Of a stretch of 43,639 nt of DNA, positions 37,710-43,639 are shown in pieces. The position numbers were made by a program, and so were the translations under genes. The stretch is from assembly GCA_002347755.1 (NCBI GenBank), contig DDXT01000071.1, positions 1-43,639 of the forward strand, in the 5' to 3' direction. The notes beneath the pieces were generated by a model. It worked only from the letters and a program-made list of their open reading frames with translations, made no database searches and was not told where the DNA came from. Origin of the DNA: Bacillales bacterium UBA2253. GTDB lineage: Bacteria > Bacillota_I > Bacilli_A > ML615J-28 > CAG-698. The first letter of the stretch is position 1. Each line of letters starts with the position of its first letter.

Positions 37710-37916
37710 ATTAAAACCTCACACTTTGTTGATAAAATATTCTGATCATTGACAATAATTCATACACCTATAATTCACTTAGTGATTTTTTCTCGTTTGC
37801 TCGGTGAACAATAAATTCAAAGAATGATTATTTAACTTATACTGTGTATAAATATTTAGCTTATTCGCCTTCATATTCTTCAAAATCATATGGTAAGTCA
37901 TAATAATCACAATACC

Positions 37917-38387
37917 TTAGTAAATCATCTTGACTTCTTTTTGCATAGCATTGAATATTTGAATTAATTCATCATTAACTGATTTCATTTTCTTTACCAA
38001 ATCTTGTAAACGAGGAACGTACTGTTTTGGATTATCTTGAAATTCTTTTGACACTAAATCATCCTTAAATATATGGTGTACGAAGTAGTTTCGCTCTCCA
38101 CGCACATGATCAATCTCTTTAATAAACTCATCATTGAAGATTTCTTTATTTTTTATTTCTTCAAGTTGTTTACCTAATTCCTTTTTACTAAGCCATTCAT
38201 ACCACCTTTCAGTTTTATTTGAAAGTTCGCTATATTCAAATGAATACATGGAATCCTGCTTATCAAATGCAGAAAGTATCTCATTTAGAGCAAGAATATT
38301 TGCAAGGTTATACTCAACCATTTGAGATAGATTTACAACAAATCCAACGCTAACCCATACCTTTGTATAATAACGCTTCTTAAACAT
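37917..38387 (-). CDS. HEPN-motif protein (paralog 2)
   Basis: Start taken at ATG 38387 (GGAGAA 7 nt upstream). The R-x4-H motif ERNYFVHH is encoded at 38073-38096, preceded by ELGKQLEEIK. About 156 aa, predicted all-helical by composition. Confidence 0.6.
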   Translation of the reverse strand: MFKKRYYTKVWVSVGFVVNLSQMVEYNLANILALNEILSAFDKQDSMYSFEYSELSNKTERWYEWLSKKELGKQLEEIKNKEIFNDEFIKEIDHVRGERNYFVHHIFKDDLVSKEFQDNPKQYVPRLQDLVKKMKSVNDELIQIFNAMQKEVKMIY

Positions 38388-38478
38388 ACACTTGTTCTCC
38401 ATTTAAATAAAACAATTCAATAAGATTCTATGCCTTAAAGAAATTTTCAATTGAATCAAATGTTTCTTGAATTCTACT

Positions 38479-39351
38479 TCATACTTTACTTCCAGTAAAT
38501 ACCAAAACTTGCCATCCATCGTTGACTCCAATAGTACGTTTCACAGAATCATTTTTTCTGTCTGGCTTTGCCTCATGATAATCATGACCATCAAGTTCAA
38601 TTAAAATCATTTTTTGTTTTTTAAAGTTTATTAGCCCAAAATCATATCTAACATTAACAGGAGTTCTACCGTCTTTAAAGTCAGAATAATAAATGTTAGA
38701 TTTATCTTTATAGCAATAGAACTGAATCTTTGATCCGCAAACCTCTGGCATCAAAGCAGGATTGTTCCTGTTGGAGAAATAATCGTTAAGCCATTTTTTA
38801 TAAAATTGTTCTTATATCGGACTTTTTGATAATAGTTGTAATGTGTCTGGCAAAGATTTTCCATACTTTGACTTAAGGATAGTTTCTACATGCTCAATTG
38901 TCCAGGGCTTATATGGTAAGGAGCTTAATTCCTCTTGAGAAATTTGATCAGTAACACGTTCTTGTACTCCAAATGTGACATCAAAGTATTCATTTCCTAC
39001 CCATTTATGGCCGAAACTAACTCTTTTAGTTAGCGGCGACTTGCTTCGTGCGATTCTCTTCGCAACGGTTTCCTTTAGTTTCTTTTCAATCCTAGACATA
39101 ACAATAGCTTTGGCATCATCTGTTTCCATCCATTTTTCTATATCTTCAATTGGAAAAACCATTACTCCATTCTCATTTCTCTCCGATCCATACAAACCTT
39201 TCTTATGCCTTTCCATCATCCGGTCATAATAATCCTCAAAAATTTGTTCGGCACACCATATTTGCTCTTTACGTATTTTATTATCAATAAATGTTCCAAC
39301 ATCACCATTTAAATGTCCTTGTTGGCTTTTATCAAAATCTTTAAATTCCAT
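38479..39351 (-). pseudogene. Unknown N-terminal domain fused to a DUF559/Vsr-like PD-(D/E)xK nuclease domain, split by one in-frame TAA
   Basis: The 179-aa ORF (38812-39351) and the 91-aa ORF (38479-38754) share one frame. The only stop between them is TAA 38812-38814, and the frame then reads through EQFYKKWLNDYFSNRNNPALM. The C-terminal RYDFGLINFKKQKMILIELDGHDYHE...NDGWQVLVFTG matches the DUF559/Vsr-like signature. The second ORF has no convincing Shine-Dalgarno. Confidence 0.55.
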
Positions 39352-39363
39352 ATCCTTCCCTCA

Positions 39364-39783
39364 TTATCTTTTCATTTTTATCTTTAGTTTTTCTACAGTT
39401 TCAAATACATTTTTAAGTTTATCGTGATCCCTTTCAAGCTTACTACAGATTCTAGCATAATCCTGAGAATATATCCAGTTATCAGTATATAAGAAATCAC
39501 GATAGCATTGGTGGCACCAGTAATTTCTCTTTTCTGTCATTTGACTTAAGAAATTATAATCTGATGAACTTATTGAAGGATTTCCATCTGAATTATCCAG
39601 TTCCTTTAACTTCCTAACTATCTGACCTAGAGTATGTTTATTTAAACTTTCTCTAGTTTCATCTACGTTACCTGTATGCATGAAGGAATAGATCCATTTT
39701 AGATCGCCTTCAATAATCTGACAGTACATAACTATTTCGCTATGAAGAATTTTATACTGTTCATAACTCAGACTATTCATCAT
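39364..39783 (-). CDS. HEPN-motif protein (paralog 1)
   Basis: AGGAGG sits directly upstream of ATG ATG at 39783/39780. The R-x4-H motif EKRNYWCHQ is encoded near 39511-39528, preceded by TLGQIVRKLKE. About 139 aa. Confidence 0.6.
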   Translation of the reverse strand: MMNSLSYEQYKILHSEIVMYCQIIEGDLKWIYSFMHTGNVDETRESLNKHTLGQIVRKLKELDNSDGNPSISSSDYNFLSQMTEKRNYWCHQCYRDFLYTDNWIYSQDYARICSKLERDHDKLKNVFETVEKLKIKMKR

Positions 39784-39974
39784 CTTCCTCCTCATCATCT
39801 AATTCAACTGGTAACCCATAATAATCAAATAGGGCAAGATATGAAGCATATCTGTTTGCTTCTTTCTTTGAAGTAGCATAAGCTGTTTGTTTTATTGCCA
39901 AACTTTTAACAACACAAGTGCATTCCCACTGTGTTGACGTTTTTTTGCTAGAGAAAATTTTAATGAACCTACAC

Positions 39975-40193
39975 CTATAAAATATTATTGATTACTGAAT
40001 TTCTATTATCAATTGCGCTCATTTTAAATTTGGATACGATTCTTGTGGTATTGTAATACGTGATGTATTCATTGATGGCAGCTAGCAGTTGGTCTCCATT
40101 TTGAAACTCATGCTCATGTTCATACCGCATTTCCACTTTCATTCTGCCAAAGATTATTTTGTCAACAAAAGATACCTCAGTACACTCAAACAT
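39975..40193 (-). mobile_element. IS3-family transposase (orfB) 3' remnant
   Basis: FGRMKVEMRYEHEHEFQNGDQLLAAINEYITYYNTTRIVSKFKMSAIDNR matches the conserved extreme C-terminus of IS3 integrase-core proteins (ESFFGxLKxE...YIxYYNxxR). There is no catalytic core upstream. Confidence 0.6.
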
Positions 40194-40241
40194 TACAAGT
40201 TATATTTTTCCAAGTTAAATACGATTATTAGATTACCAAAT

Positions 40242-40763
40242 TTAGGAAATCTTTTTTTGAAACTTTTCTCTAATAAAATAAACAATTATTGATATGATAT
40301 TAAAGCTTTCGGTTAAAATCCCCCCAATTGAAAAGACCAAGATATTATTGGTAATCCATAACGGTGAAACTGCCAATACTTGAATAACCCTAAACTTGGT
40401 TGGATTATTGGTCCATATCGCATAGGTGCTAATAAACGAAGCCAAAATTACAAAGATGATCATCCATTTCGGGGAAGCATAAAAATAAGCGATTACCCCT
40501 CCCATTGCATACATCAATTGCATTGAAATGAACGTAAGAAGCTTGGTCTTGATTTTATCAATTGAAAAAATGATGCTTCTTAAAATTGATATCCCATTCA
40601 TGATTGCGGAAGCAATCGAACCAATTAGGATAAAGGAAATCGTGAAACATAAACAACTAAAAATTTGTAACATCATTACGGTATTCATTTTTTTAAATTG
40701 GTAAGATAAGACCGTGACTATTAAACCGACAATACCTAGTATTTGTCCTATTAACTCTGGCAT
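40242..40763 (-). CDS. YgjV-like inner membrane protein
   Basis: 173 aa, about five TM helices. The N-terminus IGQILGIVGLIVTVLSYQFKKMNTVMMLQ resembles the YgjV family. Confidence 0.5.
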   Translation of the reverse strand: MPELIGQILGIVGLIVTVLSYQFKKMNTVMMLQIFSCLCFTISFILIGSIASAIMNGISILRSIIFSIDKIKTKLLTFISMQLMYAMGGVIAYFYASPKWMIIFVILASFISTYAIWTNNPTKFRVIQVLAVSPLWITNNILVFSIGGILTESFNIISIIVYFIREKFQKKIS

Positions 40764-40804
40764 ACTAATCCATCCTCAAACAACAATCAATTATAAAGCA
40801 AATA

Positions 40805-42292
40805 TTAAACTCTTTTATATGGAGTGTAACTTTTTTCTGGCTTGGTGTTTGGTTTAAACACCACAAACCCACAAGGATTCAATTTTATCGTGATTAGCCC
40901 AGCTAAAAAAGTAAGAGGAGATACTCTACCAAACACAACCTCAAATCTTGAATAGTTCATTAAACGGGAATCCTTTAATAAAACCGTTTCAGATACAGAT
41001 TCGTTGGTTGGATTTATGGCCACAATAAAGGTTTCGCTGATATTTTCCGTTATTCTCATAAACATAAGCAATTTTTCCGTTGAAACTGGGATGAAATCAC
41101 CAATCTTCAAAGCTCTTTCTCTTTTGTGCAATTTGATTAGCGAACTAACCCACTTTAGAGTTTGATTGTTCTCGTTGTATAAGTCCCAACGCATTGGCGC
41201 CCGATTCTCCGGGTCATTTCCGCCTTCCATACCAAGTTCAGTTCCATAATAAAGATTAGGAGATCCGGGTAATGTAAATTGAAGCACTTGAGCAAGTTTT
41301 TGCAAACTTTCAGAATTTAATAAATTTTTAAGTCTGGCCACATCATGATTGTCTAAAAGGTTCCATGACTTTAAAATAGGTTCAATGCCGGAATCAGCAA
41401 TGGTATCGGTAAACATTTGCAATGCTCTTCCCGAAGTAATCTCACTTCTTAATAAACGAAGAGTTATTTCTCTGAAAGTGAAGTTCATAACTCCCTCAAT
41501 TGATTTTAACCATTCCTGCGGATAGTTCCAAATCTCCCCAACAATCATGACGTCTTCTTTTTCTTTTCTAGCATATTCACGCAAATCTTTCAATATTTCA
41601 AAGCCAAGGTCAAAAGCGACATCTAACCTCCAACCGTCGATTCCCATTTGTAGATAACTTCGGATCACCGAATCTTTCGCCCGATAAATGTAATCTTTGA
41701 CTTGGTCATTTTCCAAATTCAGTTCAGGCAGGCTAGGCGCATCCGCCCAAAGCCTAACCCCTTTGGGGTATTTTCCATTGAAATCAAAGAAATCGCGAAA
41801 TCCCTCATTCTTTATGGCTTTTTGATAAAATTCATTGGAAACCCCGACGTGGTTAAAAACCCCGTCTAACATAATCTTCATCCGGTTTTCATGAACTTTA
41901 TTGATGAGCCTTTTTAAATCTTCTTTGGTGCCGTACTCCTTAGATATTTCCAAGAAGTTGCTGGCATCATATTTGTGGTTGGACAAGGATTCTACGATAG
42001 GATTTAAATAAAGAACATCCATGCCCAAATTAACAATATAATCTAAATGTTCGGTAAGACTTTCAAGATCTCCTCCCCAATAATCCAGTTCATGCGAATA
42101 GTATTTGTATTCTTCTAAAAACTTCCCGGCTTTTGGTAATATCTCCCAAGAATTCAATTTTTTTGGAAATTGGTATAAGTCTTTTTTTGACTCCAAATCT
42201 TTCGCGGGATAAAATCGATCAACTAAAACCTGGTAAACTAATGCGCCATTGCGCCAATCTTCCTCTCTGTCTTTGAATTTGTTTTGATTCAT
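40805..42292 (-). CDS. GH13 alpha-amylase-family glycoside hydrolase (cytoplasmic alpha-glucosidase/neopullulanase-like)
   Basis: Conserved regions DGVFNHVG, GWRLDVA, GEIWN and LLDNHDVARL. Start taken at ATG 42292 (AGAGGG upstream). ATG 42313 is an alternative. Confidence 0.85.
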   Translation of the reverse strand: MNQNKFKDREEDWRNGALVYQVLVDRFYPAKDLESKKDLYQFPKKLNSWEILPKAGKFLEEYKYYSHELDYWGGDLESLTEHLDYIVNLGMDVLYLNPIVESLSNHKYDASNFLEISKEYGTKEDLKRLINKVHENRMKIMLDGVFNHVGVSNEFYQKAIKNEGFRDFFDFNGKYPKGVRLWADAPSLPELNLENDQVKDYIYRAKDSVIRSYLQMGIDGWRLDVAFDLGFEILKDLREYARKEKEDVMIVGEIWNYPQEWLKSIEGVMNFTFREITLRLLRSEITSGRALQMFTDTIADSGIEPILKSWNLLDNHDVARLKNLLNSESLQKLAQVLQFTLPGSPNLYYGTELGMEGGNDPENRAPMRWDLYNENNQTLKWVSSLIKLHKRERALKIGDFIPVSTEKLLMFMRITENISETFIVAINPTNESVSETVLLKDSRLMNYSRFEVVFGRVSPLTFLAGLITIKLNPCGFVVFKPNTKPEKSYTPYKRV

Positions 42293-42410
42293 ATTTAACC
42301 CTCTTAAACTCATCTTTGTTTTTTCTCTAAATTTTTTAAAAATTAAAAAGCAATCATTGTCCTAAATCCTAAGAACAATTTCGGTCAATTAAAAGCGTGT
42401 TCAAAAACTA

Positions 42411-43357
42411 TCATTGATTTGAGCGATTGTCCCAAGATGGATATACTTCCATCTCAAAGCGATAAGCAGGGACGATATCAGTCACATTGTACCCCAATGC
42501 TATATAGAATGGCTGGTCTCCGCCTAGCATTCCCGTACAGTTGGAATATTTCGTCATAACCCGATTGGAAGCTCCGTTAAGGAGAGCGCTGGCAAGCCCT
42601 TTTCGACGTTCCCAAAAAGCCACTCCCAATGGTTCAAGTTCGCAATACGGCATTTTTTGATCATACCAAATAGTTGCCAAGCCGACAGGCCTTCCCTGTG
42701 GGTCCAGAACATATACATCAAAATTAGGATCATAATGTTTTGCCTTACGCAAATCTGTGAATGCTTTTGTGGTATTCGGCAAGAGTTCAATGTCATAGGA
42801 AAACGAGGCCATATGGACGTTTGCTGCAAAAAGAGCCGGAGCCGTGTTGCCGTCTACAATGCTGTACCCTTCCGGAAGAACAACCGGATAAGGCTTGGGC
42901 CCGAATTTACGGATAAGATTCCGTTCTCCTTCTTTTTTTACAAATCCTTGAGATAGAATCTTGTTGGATAAAGTCTTGTTCCATTCAAGAGCCAGTATAC
43001 GAATGAACCGATGGATTCGGTCTTTTTTAACGCAGACCATTGTTGTTCTCGCAAAATGGATCATGTCATTCAGAAGTTCTTCATCTTCAGCGAAGTGTTT
43101 GTCTCTAAAAAGAAAAAAAGCTTCGCCAGAATCATTGCCCTCATTGATGGCACAGGCAACTATAGTTCCATTCAGAAAATACACACGTACCGTCCGATCC
43201 CATGCATCGGGATACTGAAAAAAGCCGGATGAAGCCCATCCCCAAACTCGAATCGGCTTAATCCAAAAATTGGATTTTCCCATTGATATGAATTTAGAAC
43301 CAACTTTTCAATTTTATCATAAAAGGCTTTCTTATAGAATTCAAACTGATATTTCAT
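42411..43357 (-). pseudogene. GNAT-family N-acetyltransferase with a frameshift in a T6 run
   Basis: ATG 43357 (GGGGGG Shine-Dalgarno) reads MKYQFEFYKKAFYDKIEKLVLNSYQWENPIFGLSRFEFGDGLHPAFF. The other frame then continues QYPDAWDRTVRVYFLNG... to 42411. The switch is at A6 43218-43223 (T6 on the coding strand), and one extra T would restore a single 315-aa frame. The GNAT core is WERRKGLASALL. Confidence 0.65.
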
Positions 43358-43517
43358 TTTGTCCCCCCTTGTTTAATTTAAATCTAAATACGGCATAATA
43401 TTTCTTCAAATAAAGAGAAGAAATCAAAAACTGCTCAGGAAAAGCCCTTCCCTCTTAATGGCTGTGACGCATTTCCTCATCCCAGTTTTTAGCAGATTGA
43501 TGCTTCCAAAGCCTTTA

Positions 43518-43639
43518 TCAATAGAACTCCTTTAACTTATAGTACTTGGGATCCAAAATAAACTCATTTCCAGAAATATCCATCCACTCATTTACAATTT
43601 CCGTGTATTGATATATGTATATGGTAAAATGAAATTGAC
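43518..43639 (-). CDS. 3' end of an unidentified gene entering from the window edge
   Basis: An open frame from the edge reads ...FHFTIYIYQYTEIVNEWMDISGNEFILDPKYYKLKEFY and ends at TGA 43518-43520. Confidence 0.3.
   Translation of the reverse strand, partial: QFHFTIYIYQYTEIVNEWMDISGNEFILDPKYYKLKEFY

Noticed and set aside
1-43639. A non-standard genetic code: TGA as Trp as in Mollicutes, or TAA reassigned, given the two in-frame TAA codons.
   Set aside because: Well-conserved genes here terminate at TGA (tldD, the HEPN-144 gene) and many at TAA (TetR, the 172-aa gene at 404-922) at the expected lengths. Conserved proteins need no readthrough. Two isolated TAA codons are better explained as nonsense mutations or errors.
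1-43639. CRISPR arrays, rRNA genes and additional tRNAs.
   Set aside because: I saw no regularly spaced direct repeats of 25-40 nt anywhere, no rRNA-like conserved stretches, and only one cloverleaf-compatible sequence.

Overview
This window looks like a low-GC Firmicutes or Mollicutes-related chromosome that uses the standard genetic code, since long ORFs end in TAA, TGA or TAG. Almost all genes are on the minus strand. There are three parts.

(1) 1-4.8 kb: the 3' end of a frameshifted IS110-family transposase, a DUF4143 AAA+ ATPase, tRNA-Asn(GUU), and a membrane-anchored XRE regulator.

(2) 4.8-24 kb is visibly more GC-rich and mostly housekeeping-like. It holds:
- a 1655-aa repeat-rich surface lipoprotein
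- an ASCH gene with an in-frame TAA
- a TetR plus ABC-2 exporter operon
- a metallophosphatase/5'-nucleotidase
- a ChrB-domain gene followed by a heterodimeric ABC exporter
- tldD-pmbA
- adenine deaminase

(3) 24.1-40.2 kb is AT-rich and looks like an accessory or defence island. It holds:
- a sigma/anti-sigma pair with a secreted cysteine-peptidase-like protein and a lipoprotein
- an XRE regulator followed by small membrane proteins
- a KAP-family P-loop NTPase
- a convergent type II R-M system: an MvaI/BcnI-family endonuclease and an HTH-MTase-MTase fusion
- decayed GIY-YIG and IS3 fragments
- a cassette of two divergent HEPN-motif paralogs flanking a DUF559/Vsr-like nuclease gene that is split by one in-frame TAA

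The HEPN-nuclease-HEPN cassette is the best candidate for an undescribed system. YgjV-like, GH13 and frameshifted GNAT genes close the window. I saw no rRNA and no CRISPR array. All calls come from reading the sequence and recalling family motifs; nothing was searched against a database.
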